From the NCBI GenBank assembly GCA_016214005.1, contig JACRPK010000001.1, positions 23,823 to 87,822 of the forward strand: a stretch of DNA of 64,000 nt, given 5' to 3'. Below, piece after piece: positions 10,837 to 20,548 of this stretch (positions are counted from its first letter, which is position 1; every line of letters starts with the position of its first letter). Made by a program: the position numbers and the translations under genes. Origin of the DNA: Candidatus Wolfebacteria bacterium (lineage in GTDB: Bacteria > Patescibacteriota > Minisyncoccia > UBA6257 > UBA9933). The notes under the pieces were generated by a model, which saw only the letters and a program-made list of their open reading frames with translations, ran no database searches and was not told the origin of the DNA.

Positions 10837-11862
10837 ATGAATAATATCAATAAGGCAATTGAAAAATTTGTTGCTGTTCTTTCGGATAGGCAGCGCAATG
10901 TCATTGAAAAGCGTTTTGGGCTTAATGGAAAAGCTTTTACTTTGGCGGCTATCGGGAATCAATACGGCTTAACTAGAGAAAGGGTAAGACAAATTGAATC
11001 ATCGGCGCTGGATTTGATCAGAAAACAATTTGGCGATGATAAAGATTTTAAGCAAATTTTTAAGGTATGTTTTGATTTGTTGGAAAAAAATGGAGAAGTG
11101 ATGAGAGAAAAAGATTTTTTGGAAAAAGCGAAAGATGTTTTAAAAAATAACAGCCTCAGGGCGGAGCAAATTAAATTTATTTTTGAAATTGCCAAAAAGC
11201 CGTATTATCATATTGATGATAAAAATTTTTATAGTTTTTGGTATTTTGGAGAAAAGCAAATTGAATCCGCCTATGGATTTATTAAAAAAGTTGAGAAATT
11301 TTTCGCTGAAGAAAAAAAATCAGTCAGCCATAAAGAATTAGACAAGCACCTTGCGAAATTTGTAAAAACGTGCGGTCTTGGCGGGAATATCGCCTTAAAT
11401 TATATTGCCATTTCCAAGAAATTCTCAACAAACACTTACGGAGATTTTGGTTTGAGCAAATGGGATGAAATTAATCCGAAAACTGCCCGCGCCAAAGCTT
11501 TTTTAATTTTGAAAAAGCACGGCAAACCGCTTCATTTTAAAGAAATAAATAAAAAAATTAATGATTTGAAAATTGGCAAACGTTTGGCGCTTTTTCAGAC
11601 AATTCATAACGAACTTATTAAAGATCCGCGTTTTGTTTTGGTTGGCCGTGGCACTTACGGATTGGCTGATTTTGGTTTAAAGCCGGGATTTGCCAAAGAA
11701 GTAATTGCCAGAATTTTAAAAGAAAAAGGCCCGCTTAAAAAAGAACAAGTTATTGATCTGGTAAAACAGGAAAGATTTTTAAAAGAAAATACAATTTTAA
11801 TAAATCTTCAAAGTAAAAAACATTTTAAAAGATTGTCTGACGGAAGATATCATTTGGCATAA
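10837..11862 (+). CDS. Sigma-70 region 4 domain plus C-terminal HTH (HARE-HTH/delta-like) protein
   Basis: TLAAIGNQYGLTRERVRQIE region-4 HTH; C-terminal PLHFKEI...FVLVGRGTYGL. Confidence 0.75.
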   Translation: MNNINKAIEKFVAVLSDRQRNVIEKRFGLNGKAFTLAAIGNQYGLTRERVRQIESSALDLIRKQFGDDKDFKQIFKVCFDLLEKNGEVMREKDFLEKAKDVLKNNSLRAEQIKFIFEIAKKPYYHIDDKNFYSFWYFGEKQIESAYGFIKKVEKFFAEEKKSVSHKELDKHLAKFVKTCGLGGNIALNYIAISKKFSTNTYGDFGLSKWDEINPKTARAKAFLILKKHGKPLHFKEINKKINDLKIGKRLALFQTIHNELIKDPRFVLVGRGTYGLADFGLKPGFAKEVIARILKEKGPLKKEQVIDLVKQERFLKENTILINLQSKKHFKRLSDGRYHLA

Positions 11863-11871
11863 TCAGGCCTT

Positions 11872-13278
11872 ATGGCAACAACCACGGCAACAACCACTTT
11901 ATCGTCTTATTTTAACGGAGATTTAATTTTCTCAATTCTTTTTTGGGTGGTGATGATTGTTTTGGCGGCGGTTCTTTTTGAATTATTCCGCCAGACATTT
12001 CTTTTTTACAAACAATCGCTTTTCAAAAAATCAATTGAATGGACAATTTTAGAAATTAAAATTCCGCGCGATATCCAAAAGACTCCTTTGGCAATGGAGC
12101 AGTTTTTAATAAATCTTCACGGGATGAGAAATTCGCCAAACGATGTTTTTGAAGAATATTTAGAGGGACAGATAACTTTGTGGTGGAGTTTGGAAGTCGT
12201 GAGTTTTAGCGGCAAAGTTCATTTTTATTTAAGAACCCCCAAGAGACATAAAAAACTTGTTGAGGCGGCAATGTACGCTCAATATCCGAGCGTGGAATTG
12301 GTAGAAATTGAAGACTATCTTAATAAATTTCCAGTTGAAACTAAAGATATTTATGAAAGTAATGAAAGTATTTTTGGCGGCGAGCTTATTTTGGACAAAG
12401 ACGATTTTTATCCGATTAAAACTTACAAGGCTTTTGAATTGTCAAAAGAAGAGCTCGCTATTGATCCGGTTTCTGCCTTGATTGAAGTTTTAGGAAGTCT
12501 TGACAAAGATGAAAATTTTTTCTTGCAATTTTTAATCGAGCCCGCCAGCAATGATTGGAAAAAAGAAGCTGAAAGTTTTTTGAAAAAATTGATTAAGGGC
12601 GGCGGAAAAATTGGCGGAAGCGGCGGTGGTGGAGAAAGCAAAGGCGGCAGGGGATTTCATGACTATTTAATGGAATGGAGCAGAAATATTGCCATGGCGC
12701 CGGCTCATTATCCAAAATGGAAAGATGCGCCCGATAAAGCCGGCAAAGAGGGGAAAAAAGAAGAAAAGAAGACCGAGGAATTGCCAAAAGAAAAAACAGA
12801 ACCCATTAAAGATAAGATACTGAGTCCGGGTTTTAATGTATTGGTGCGTTTTATTTATCTTGCCCCAAATTCAGCATTTAATATCGGCGTAGGATTACGA
12901 GGAATAAGAAGCGCCCTAAACCAATACACTACCCACGAAACAAACGCTTTCAAACAAAATATTAATGTTTGGCCGCTTTTAAAATGGCATAAGTTTCCTT
13001 ATTTTTTTCTTGATAATAGAATTGAAGCGAGAAAGCAGCGCCTTTGGCATAATTTCAGAGAAAGAGTTTTGCCGGAAAAAATTCCGTTCGGTAAATTTTT
13101 TACTTCCAGTATTTTTAATTTTAACAATAAATCAAAAACTTTTATTTTAAACACCGTTGAATTGGCAACGATTTTCCATATTCCAAGCGAAAAAGTTTTA
13201 ACTTCGCCGCATATTGAAACCCTATCAAGCAAGCGAATGGGTCCTCCGGCAGGTCTGCCTATTTTTGAAGAAGAATAG
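11872..13278 (+). CDS. Conserved hypothetical membrane-anchored protein
   Basis: Single N-terminal TM, LEIKIPR...AMEQ and ELATIFHIP motifs, Gly-rich insert; function unknown. Confidence 0.65.
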   Translation: MATTTATTTLSSYFNGDLIFSILFWVVMIVLAAVLFELFRQTFLFYKQSLFKKSIEWTILEIKIPRDIQKTPLAMEQFLINLHGMRNSPNDVFEEYLEGQITLWWSLEVVSFSGKVHFYLRTPKRHKKLVEAAMYAQYPSVELVEIEDYLNKFPVETKDIYESNESIFGGELILDKDDFYPIKTYKAFELSKEELAIDPVSALIEVLGSLDKDENFFLQFLIEPASNDWKKEAESFLKKLIKGGGKIGGSGGGGESKGGRGFHDYLMEWSRNIAMAPAHYPKWKDAPDKAGKEGKKEEKKTEELPKEKTEPIKDKILSPGFNVLVRFIYLAPNSAFNIGVGLRGIRSALNQYTTHETNAFKQNINVWPLLKWHKFPYFFLDNRIEARKQRLWHNFRERVLPEKIPFGKFFTSSIFNFNNKSKTFILNTVELATIFHIPSEKVLTSPHIETLSSKRMGPPAGLPIFEEE

Positions 13279-13298
13279 AAATTTGCTATAATTTATTA

Positions 13299-14678
13299 AT
13301 GGCAATAATTTCTAATCTTAAAGATTTAGCGAAAAATTCTCTTCGCGAAAAAGCGCTTGAAATAGCCGAAGCCGGTTATGAAGCGATTGATATAGAACAA
13401 TCAATCAAAAGCAGGATTAGAATTGAAAATAATTTTTTAAAAATCACGACTCATCCTGCTATCACCAGTGATAGCAGCGGAAAATTGCAACAAAAAGAAT
13501 TTATAGAAATAAATTTTAATAATTTCAAAAGAATTTTTCTTGTCGGTATCGGCAAGGGGTCGGCGTTTGCGAGCGCGATGCTTGCAAAAATTTTAGGGGA
13601 TAAATTGACCGGTGGAATTGTTTTGGATAAAGAAAATAATAATGATGAATACAGGCAAATATTGAGATCGTTTGAATCTTTGCCATTACAAATTTTTGAA
13701 GGCACACATCCGTATCCTTCTTTAAAAAATCTTGAAGCAACTAGAAAAATTGTTGAATTGGCGGAAAGCCTTGATGAAAATGATTTATTGATCAATTTTA
13801 TTTGCGGCGGCGGTTCGGCTTTGGCTTGCGCCACCGAAGAAGAGCTTACAGGCTCGCAAGTGGCGATAAAATCTTTGACAAAAGCCGGAGCTAATATTGT
13901 TGAGCTTAACACCTTAAGAAAGCATCTTTCTAAAATTAAAGGCGGCGGACTCGCGAAAATGGCTTGTCCGGCAAGAGTTGTTTCTTTGATTGTGTCAGAT
14001 GTTTGCGGCAATGATTTGTCGGTTGTGTCTTCTGGCCCGACGGTTTTTGACAAAACAACCAAAGAAGACGCGGAAGATATTTTAAAAAAATACGGGCTAG
14101 ACATAAAAGATTTTCATCTGTATGAAACGCCGAAAGAAAAAGAGTGTTTTGAAAAAGTTAAAAATATTCTTTTTGTTTGTAATCAAGATGCGATAATGGC
14201 AATGGCGCAAAAAGCCGAAGAATTTGGTTTTAGCGGTCGGATTTATTCTTTGGCGCTCGAAGGAGAAGCAATGAATGTGATTTATCCGATGATAAAAGAA
14301 ATAAAAAATAACGAAGCGCTTTTGACCGCTGGTGAAACAACGGTTAATTTGAAAAATCGGCCACCCGGCAAAGGAGGCAGAAATATGGAAGCAGTTTTGG
14401 GCGCATTGGTAAAGCTGCAAACTATGGATGATGATGGAGCTAATTTAGTTTTTATGTCTTTTGCAAGCGATGCCAGCGACAATACGGAAGCCGCGGGAGC
14501 TATTGGAGATTCTTTGACTTTAAAAAAAGCAAAAGAATTTAGCATGGATCCGGAAAAATTTTTATATGACAATCAAGCTTTCGCTTTTTTTGAAAAAACC
14601 GGAGATTTAATTTTTGCTGAAAAAAAATGTTTTAATGTAGCAGATTTGATGCTTGCCTTGAAGGCATCGAAGGAATAG
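13299..14678 (+). CDS. Glycerate kinase type 2 (DUF4147/MOFRL)
   Basis: GIGKGS, THPYPS, GGGSAL, SDVCGND...SSGPT, GETTV and GKGGRN motifs. Confidence 0.85.
   Translation: MAIISNLKDLAKNSLREKALEIAEAGYEAIDIEQSIKSRIRIENNFLKITTHPAITSDSSGKLQQKEFIEINFNNFKRIFLVGIGKGSAFASAMLAKILGDKLTGGIVLDKENNNDEYRQILRSFESLPLQIFEGTHPYPSLKNLEATRKIVELAESLDENDLLINFICGGGSALACATEEELTGSQVAIKSLTKAGANIVELNTLRKHLSKIKGGGLAKMACPARVVSLIVSDVCGNDLSVVSSGPTVFDKTTKEDAEDILKKYGLDIKDFHLYETPKEKECFEKVKNILFVCNQDAIMAMAQKAEEFGFSGRIYSLALEGEAMNVIYPMIKEIKNNEALLTAGETTVNLKNRPPGKGGRNMEAVLGALVKLQTMDDDGANLVFMSFASDASDNTEAAGAIGDSLTLKKAKEFSMDPEKFLYDNQAFAFFEKTGDLIFAEKKCFNVADLMLALKASKE
13457..13476. repeat. 20-bp palindromic repeat, family B, copy 1
   Basis: TGCTATCAC-CA-GTGATAGCA; identical to the reverse complement of 17916-17935. 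Confidence 0.8.
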
Positions 14679-14687
14679 TATTAAAAA

Positions 14688-17090
14688 ATGAATAAAATTT
14701 TTATTAAAAAACTTAGCGAAGTTGGTATTGAAGATGTAGGCGAGGTCGGCGGGAAAAATGCCAGCCTTGGCGAAATGATCCAAAACTTAATTCCTCGGGG
14801 GGTAAAAATTCCTGGCGGATTTGTGATTACTGCTGAAGCTTATCGTTATTTTTTGGAAGAAACCGGATTAAAAATTTTTATTAAAGAAACTTTAAAAGGT
14901 TTAGATACAAAAAATTTAAAAGATTTGGCAAGGCGGGGGAAGCTAGTAAGAGAAACAATTAAAAAAGCGGAATTTCCAGATGATCTAAAAAATGCGATTG
15001 TAAAAGCTTATCAGGAAATGGAAAAAGAATATGGTAAAAATGTTGATATTGCCGTGCGTTCCAGCGCCACTGCCGAAGATTTGCCGGGGGCAAGTTTTGC
15101 CGGAGAGCATGAAACTTATTTGAATATTCGCGGCGCTGAAGGCGTTTTAGCGGCCAGTCGGGCGGCAATGGCGAGCCTTTTTACCAATCGGGCGATCTCT
15201 TACCGCGTTGACAAGGGATTTGATCATTTCAAAATTGCTCTTTCTGTTGGCGCGCAAAAAATGGTGCGCTCTGATTTAAGCTGTTCGGGCGTGATGTTCA
15301 CGCTTGATACGGAATCAGGTTTTCGCGATGCGGTTTTAATAAACGGCTCTTGTGGTTTAGGAGAAATGATTGTGCAGGGCGAAATAACGCCGGACGAATT
15401 TTTAGTTTTCAAAAAAACTTTAGGGAAATTTCCAAACGCAATAATCAGCAAAAAATTAGGAAATAAAAACAGAAAAATGATTTATGGCGCGGCTATTGGC
15501 GCGAATATAAAAACCACAAAAATAATCAATTCTTCAAAAAAAGAAAACGAATCTTTTGTTTTATCGGACAAAGAAATTTTGCAATTGGCAAAATGGGGAG
15601 TTTTGATTGAAGAGCATTATTCAAAAAAATATAAAAAATGGACGCCGATGGATATGGAATGGGCAAAAGACGGCAAAACAGGAGAGCTTTTTATTGTTCA
15701 GGCGCGGCCGGAGACAGTTCACGCTTTGCGGGATTTTTCAAAAATTAAAGAATATCAGCTTTCTGGCAAGGCAGATGAAATTGTAAAAGGCGCGTCAGTT
15801 GGCAATAAAATCGCGACAGGAAAAGCGCGGGTGATTTTGGACGCGAAAAATGTCGGTCAATTCAAGGCCGGAGAAATTTTAATAACCGATATGACTGATC
15901 CGGATTGGGAGCCGATTATGAAAATCGCTTCAGCGATTATCACTGATAAAGGCGGAAGAACAAGTCATGCCGCAATTGTAAGCCGGGAGCTTGGGATTCC
16001 CTGCATTGTTGGTAGCGAGAACGCCACTAAAAAAATAAAAACTGGGCAGATGATTACGGTTGATACCACCGGCGCCGAGGGTTTTGTTTATGATGGAGCT
16101 TTGAAATTTAAAGTTATTGATCATGATGTTAAAAAAATGCCGAAGCCGAAGACTAAAATAATGATGAATCTTGCCACTCCGGATACGGCTTTTGAAAAAT
16201 CATTTTTGCCAAATGACGGCGTTGGTTTGGCGAGGGAAGAATTCATTATTGCCGGCGATATTGGCATTCACCCGAACGCTCTTATAAATTACGCTAAAAT
16301 ACCGCCAAAAATAAAATCTCAAATTGATAAAAAAACTATCGGCTATCAAAATAAAAATCAATTTTATGTTGATAAATTATCTTATGGCATCGCAAAAATC
16401 GCGGCTGCGTTTTATCCAAAGCCGGTGATTGTGCGGTTTTCAGATTTTAAAACCAATGAATATAAAACTCTTTTGGGAGGCGAATTTTATGAACCGGCTG
16501 AAGAAAATCCGATGATCGGTTGGCGCGGCGCGTCCCGTTATTATCATCCGAATTTTAAAGACGCGTTTATTTTGGAGTTGAAAGCCATTAAAAAAGTTCG
16601 CGAACAAATGGGTTTGGATAATGTCGTTGTAATGGTGCCGTTTTGCCGCACGGCCGAAGAAGGCAGAAAAGTCATAAAAATTATGGAAGAAAATGGGTTA
16701 AGCCGCAAAAGTGGATTAAAAGTTTATGTAATGTGTGAGATTCCTTCCAACGTAATTTTGGCTGACAAATTTTTGGATATTTTTGACGGGATGAGCATCG
16801 GTTCAAATGATTTAACCCAGCTCACTATCGGCATCGATAGGGATGCCAGCGAGTTGGTGCGCGGCGTTGCCAATGAAAAAGATGAATCAGTTAAAAAGTT
16901 AATTTCTGAAGTCATTAAAAAATGCAAAGCCCGCAAAAAATATATCGGAATTTGCGGCCAGGCGCCTTCTGATTATCCTGATTTCGCTGAATTTTTAGTT
17001 GAAGAGGGGATTGAAAGCATGTCTTTAAATCCGGATACAATTATTAAAACCACTTTGGCAGTTGCGAAAAAAGAGAAAAATAAAAAATAA
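14688..17090 (+). CDS. ppsA: Phosphoenolpyruvate synthase
   Basis: VGGKNASLGEM, AVRSSATAEDL, GGRTSHAAIVSRELG phospho-His motif, SIGSNDLTQL. Confidence 0.97.
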   Translation: MNKIFIKKLSEVGIEDVGEVGGKNASLGEMIQNLIPRGVKIPGGFVITAEAYRYFLEETGLKIFIKETLKGLDTKNLKDLARRGKLVRETIKKAEFPDDLKNAIVKAYQEMEKEYGKNVDIAVRSSATAEDLPGASFAGEHETYLNIRGAEGVLAASRAAMASLFTNRAISYRVDKGFDHFKIALSVGAQKMVRSDLSCSGVMFTLDTESGFRDAVLINGSCGLGEMIVQGEITPDEFLVFKKTLGKFPNAIISKKLGNKNRKMIYGAAIGANIKTTKIINSSKKENESFVLSDKEILQLAKWGVLIEEHYSKKYKKWTPMDMEWAKDGKTGELFIVQARPETVHALRDFSKIKEYQLSGKADEIVKGASVGNKIATGKARVILDAKNVGQFKAGEILITDMTDPDWEPIMKIASAIITDKGGRTSHAAIVSRELGIPCIVGSENATKKIKTGQMITVDTTGAEGFVYDGALKFKVIDHDVKKMPKPKTKIMMNLATPDTAFEKSFLPNDGVGLAREEFIIAGDIGIHPNALINYAKIPPKIKSQIDKKTIGYQNKNQFYVDKLSYGIAKIAAAFYPKPVIVRFSDFKTNEYKTLLGGEFYEPAEENPMIGWRGASRYYHPNFKDAFILELKAIKKVREQMGLDNVVVMVPFCRTAEEGRKVIKIMEENGLSRKSGLKVYVMCEIPSNVILADKFLDIFDGMSIGSNDLTQLTIGIDRDASELVRGVANEKDESVKKLISEVIKKCKARKKYIGICGQAPSDYPDFAEFLVEEGIESMSLNPDTIIKTTLAVAKKEKNKK

Positions 17091-17118
17091 ACAAAAATGA
17101 CACAATCTATTTTTGGGT

Positions 17119-17883
17119 TTATTTTACAAATTTTCTCATTATCATTGAGACAATAAAAATTCCGGCGCTGATTAAAATGAAAACCGGACCGGGCGAAAGA
17201 TTATAAATTTGAGAAAAATAAATTCCCAAAATTGCGGCCAAAACTCCGAAAATCACGCTTAAGCTCATAAACGAATTAAGGTTTTTGGCGATATTTTTTG
17301 CCGAAGCCGCCGGAATAATCACAAGCGATCCCATTAAAAGCGCGCCAACAAATCTTATGCCAAGCGCCACTGCCAGCGCGAAAATCAAAAGATAAACAAG
17401 TTCTAATTGCTTATTCTCTATGCCGATTGATTGCGATAATTCCTGAGAAACCATATTAAGCGCTAGTTTCTTTCGGATTTTTAAAATTACGGCGATAAGA
17501 AAAATTGAAAGAATTATTGAAACAATTGATTCTTGTCGGCTTATGGTTGTAATATTTCCAAGCATGGCTTCTAAAAGTTCGTGGTCAGGGGTGATTATGG
17601 CTCCCAAAGCAAGGCTGGCGGCGAAAAACACTCCGACAATTGTTTCAATGGAAAGTTTGCTTTGATATTCCACGAGCCAAATTCCGAAAACCGCGACAGC
17701 TAAAAATGCGATTGCTCCCAAAAACGGATTAAAGTGAAAAATCAAAGCCAAAGCGATGCCTGGCAAAGCAACATGGGAAAGCGCGTCGCCAACCAAAGCC
17801 ATTCTTTTTAAAATTGCAAAAGAACCTAGAAGGCTGGCGGCCGCGGAAACGAATATTGCCGTAATGATTTGTTGAAATTCCAT
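17119..17883 (-). CDS. znuB: Zn/Mn ABC transporter permease (ZnuB-like)
   Basis: GDALSHVALPG and GALL...IPAASA ABC-3 motifs. Confidence 0.85.
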   Translation of the reverse strand: MEFQQIITAIFVSAAASLLGSFAILKRMALVGDALSHVALPGIALALIFHFNPFLGAIAFLAVAVFGIWLVEYQSKLSIETIVGVFFAASLALGAIITPDHELLEAMLGNITTISRQESIVSIILSIFLIAVILKIRKKLALNMVSQELSQSIGIENKQLELVYLLIFALAVALGIRFVGALLMGSLVIIPAASAKNIAKNLNSFMSLSVIFGVLAAILGIYFSQIYNLSPGPVFILISAGIFIVSMIMRKFVK

Positions 17884-17915
17884 AATAAATTTTATTTAAT
17901 ATTTTATATTTTTCT

Positions 17916-17935
17916 TGCTATCACTGGTGATAGCA
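17916..17935. repeat. 20-bp palindromic repeat, family B, copy 2
   Basis: TGCTATCAC-TG-GTGATAGCA; the perfect arms extend to 17913-17938. Confidence 0.8.
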
Positions 17936-17964
17936 AGATTATTTATTGATTTTAGTTTTAAATT

Positions 17965-18666
17965 TTAATGATGGTGATCGTGATGATAAAATGCTTTTTC
18001 GCCGCCGTAAAGTTCCAATAAATTTTCAGTATTTAAAATTTCTTTCGGCGAACCTTCACAGATTTTTTTGCGGTTTAAGCATATTGCTTTATGAGCATAG
18101 CGGAAAACGACATTCAAATCATGGGAAATTAAAATTATAGAGAGATTCAAATCGCGGTGAAGTTTGTGGAGCATTTTATAAATTGATTCCTGTCCGGCGA
18201 TGTCTATGTCAGCGGTCGGTTCGTCAAAAAGAAGAACTTGCGGATTTCCCAAAATCGCCCAAGCTACCAGAATTCTTTGGCGTTGGCCGATGGAAATTTC
18301 GCCAAATCCGGATTTTAAAATTTTTTCATCAAGCTGCACGGCTTTTATCGCTTCTTTGATTTTTTGTTTTGATGAATCACCTGATAAATTTAAAAATTCT
18401 TCAACCGAAAGGGGAATATCAGTTTCAATATCCATGCGCTGGGGGACATAACCGATTTTGATTTTTTCGCCGTAGATTTTATTCCATTTGATTTCGCCTT
18501 GATAATCAATCAGCCCGAGCAGGGATTTTAATAAAATCGTTTTGCCGGCGCCGTTTGGTCCGATAATCGCCAAAATTTCTCCTCTTTCAACTTCGAAATT
18601 AATGTCGTTTAAAATATGAATTCCATTGATTTCAACATTAAGGTTTTTTACTTCCAAAATTTTCAT
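17965..18666 (-). CDS. znuC: Zn/Mn ABC transporter ATP-binding protein (ZnuC-like)
   Basis: GPNGAGKT Walker A, LLFDEPT Walker B, His-rich C-terminus HHDHHH. Confidence 0.85.
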   Translation of the reverse strand: MKILEVKNLNVEINGIHILNDINFEVERGEILAIIGPNGAGKTILLKSLLGLIDYQGEIKWNKIYGEKIKIGYVPQRMDIETDIPLSVEEFLNLSGDSSKQKIKEAIKAVQLDEKILKSGFGEISIGQRQRILVAWAILGNPQVLLFDEPTADIDIAGQESIYKMLHKLHRDLNLSIILISHDLNVVFRYAHKAICLNRKKICEGSPKEILNTENLLELYGGEKAFYHHDHHH

Positions 18667-18744
18667 TATTGAATTATAAGCGAAAGTGTTGAAAAAATAA
18701 ATCTTGTTTGGTAAAATATCATTGTCTTTGATAATTTAATATAT

Positions 18745-18820
18745 TCCGCGATAGCTCAGTTGGTAGAGCGCCTCGCTGTTAACGAGGATGTCCCAGGTTC
18801 GAGCCCTGGTCGCGGAGCCA
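18745..18820 (+). tRNA. tRNA-Asn(GTT)
   Basis: TCCGCGA/TCGCGGA acceptor stem, CCTCG-CTGTTAA-CGAGG anticodon arm, GGTTCGAG T loop, encoded CCA. Confidence 0.97.
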
Positions 18821-19036
18821 ATAAATTAGATACGAACTCCGTTTTTGAAGATGAGAGTTCGTTGCGTTCAATTCTGCTACGTATTTAGAACACTCTCAAA
18901 CTTTTGACATCATTTTACCGAATTTAATCCACAAATCTAAGAAACGAAATTTGAAATGATGCGCCCCGCCACTATTTTTCTGGGGCAAAGGAGGCGGGAC
19001 GATGGACTCGCCCGCGCGGAGGAGGGATCTGGGGAG

Positions 19037-19056
19037 CCTGCCTGCCGGCAGGCAGG
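19037..19056. repeat. 20-bp perfect palindrome, family A, copy 1
   Basis: CCTGCCTGCCGGCAGGCAGG; a 19/20 copy is at 43214-43233. Confidence 0.85.
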
Positions 19057-19114
19057 GAATTCGCGCGGGCCTCGGCTTTCTTTTTTGAAAAAATTGGCAG
19101 CTACAAAATCAGAA

Positions 19115-19258
19115 ACCATTCTCTCGGCCAACACTTATAGCCCATACAACGGCGAGGAAGAGGTTAATCATCGTGATCCGAAAGAAATTTTGGGGGAGAT
19201 TGAAAGCGGCGAGAAGAAACTTAAAATAGCACTGGATAAAGTAAATAAGTTGCTGTAA
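19115..19258 (+). pseudogene. 3' remnant of a type I R-M methyltransferase (HsdM C-terminal helix), copy 1
   Basis: ILSANTYSPYNGEEEVNHRDPKEILGEIESGEKKLKIALDKVNKLL resembles HsdM C-termini; no MTase core upstream. Confidence 0.7.
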
Positions 19259-19277
19259 AGTATTCCTACTTATCCGC

Positions 19278-19306
19278 TTGACAAGATTTCTTTACTGGAA
19301 TAGTAT
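19278..19306 (+). promoter_or_regulatory. Sigma70-type promoter of the TA pair
   Basis: TTGACA (19278)-17 nt-TAGTAT (19301). Confidence 0.6.
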
Positions 19307-19314
19307 AGTAATAT

Positions 19315-20106
19315 ATGGTTAATAATTTACATAAAAAACTAAAGTTACTTCGCGAGCAAAAGGGATTTTCGCAGGAACAAATCGCGACAGAACTTAATAT
19401 TTCTCGCCCCACCTATATGCAGATTGAAAAAGGTGAGCGAGAACTCACTATTTCCGAGGCGAAAAAATTGGCCGGTGTTTTTGACATGTCTTTAGAAGAC
19501 TTTCTCGCCGGCAAAGAAAGCGTGAATCCTGTTATAACCATTCAAGGAAGAAAAGAGAAAGAACGAAAAAGCACGAACGAAATTCGCATCAATATCCCTC
19601 AAGAAAAAGCCAATAAGTTTGAGCAAGTTCTTTTATACATTCTTGCGAAGATCGGCGGCAAGCCCAATATCGGTCAAACAGTACTCTATAAACTTTTATA
19701 CTTTATAGATTTTGATTACTACGAAAAATTTGAGGAACAATTGATTGGCGCAAAGTATATGAAAAATACGAATGGGCCCACCCCCATCATGTTTGCCAAG
19801 ATTATTGATCATTTAGAAAAAGATCAAAAAGTAGAAAAGGTAAGAAGCAAATTCTACAAATACGAACAAACCAAGTATCTCGTAAATCCGGACATACCAC
19901 TTGAACTGTCGGCTCTTTCGGCGCAAGAGCTGGCGCATATTGACTGGGAGATTGCTCGGCTTGGAGATATGACTGCAACGCAAATTTCAGCGCTATCTCA
20001 CATTGATACGCCGTGGGTCGCGGCCACCGATAGAGAACCGCTGGAGTATGAGCATGTTTTCTATCGTCCGGAAGAAACCTCCGTCAGACAGTATGAGGAA
20101 ATTTGA
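19315..20106 (+). CDS. XRE-family HTH fused to a DUF4065 (SocA/Panacea-like) antitoxin domain
   Basis: LREQKGFSQEQIA...YMQIEKGER HTH; LYKLLYFIDF...NGPTP and LSHIDTPW DUF4065-type motifs. Confidence 0.8.
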   Translation: MVNNLHKKLKLLREQKGFSQEQIATELNISRPTYMQIEKGERELTISEAKKLAGVFDMSLEDFLAGKESVNPVITIQGRKEKERKSTNEIRINIPQEKANKFEQVLLYILAKIGGKPNIGQTVLYKLLYFIDFDYYEKFEEQLIGAKYMKNTNGPTPIMFAKIIDHLEKDQKVEKVRSKFYKYEQTKYLVNPDIPLELSALSAQELAHIDWEIARLGDMTATQISALSHIDTPWVAATDREPLEYEHVFYRPEETSVRQYEEI

Positions 20107-20434
20107 TCTTTCACCGGAATTTGGAAAGAATTTCAAACAACTTTTCAAAAAATATAGGACATTGGACGATGACCTTGAGAAGTTTAAGGCAATACTTTTA
20201 ACTCACCCAACCGGAGTCGGAACGAACTTCACCATTATCCACTCGGAACAAGCATGCAAGATTGTAAAAGCTCGCATGGCCTGCCGCGCTCTTCGCGACA
20301 GATCTCTGCGCGTCATTTACGCGTATACGGAAAAAAATGACGGATTTTATTTCATTGAGCTATATTTCAAGGGCGAACAGGTAAACGAAACAAGGTCGCT
20401 TATCAAAGGGTTTTTAGGTCAATTTTCAAAGTAA
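20093..20434 (+). CDS. RelE/ParE-like toxin
   Basis: Small basic ORF overlapping the antitoxin; EFGKNFKQLFKKYRTL, SLRVIYAY and IELYFKG RelE-fold pattern. Confidence 0.7.
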   Translation: MRKFDLSPEFGKNFKQLFKKYRTLDDDLEKFKAILLTHPTGVGTNFTIIHSEQACKIVKARMACRALRDRSLRVIYAYTEKNDGFYFIELYFKGEQVNETRSLIKGFLGQFSK

Positions 20435-20438
20435 TATC

Positions 20439-20548
20439 AACGGTGAGGAAGAAGTGAGCACAGAGAACCGAAGGAGATTTTGAAAGAAATTGGGAATGGA
20501 GAGAAAAAATTGAAGTCGACCCTGGGAGAGGTTAAGAAATTTTTATGA
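20439..20548 (+). pseudogene. 3' remnant of HsdM, copy 2 (1-nt frameshift)
   Basis: NGEEEV/EHREPKEILKEIGNGEKKLKSTLGEVKKFL* parallels copy 1; its TGA overlaps the next ATG (ATGA). Confidence 0.75.

Noticed and set aside
13243-13260. CCTCCGGCAGGTCTGCCT resembling palindrome family A
   Set aside because: Only a partial match, not palindromic, and explained by the GPPAGLP coding sequence.
18956-19258. 100-aa ORF as a real protein
   Set aside because: Its first half translates the GC-rich repeat and palindrome (PACRQAG); only the tail resembles HsdM.
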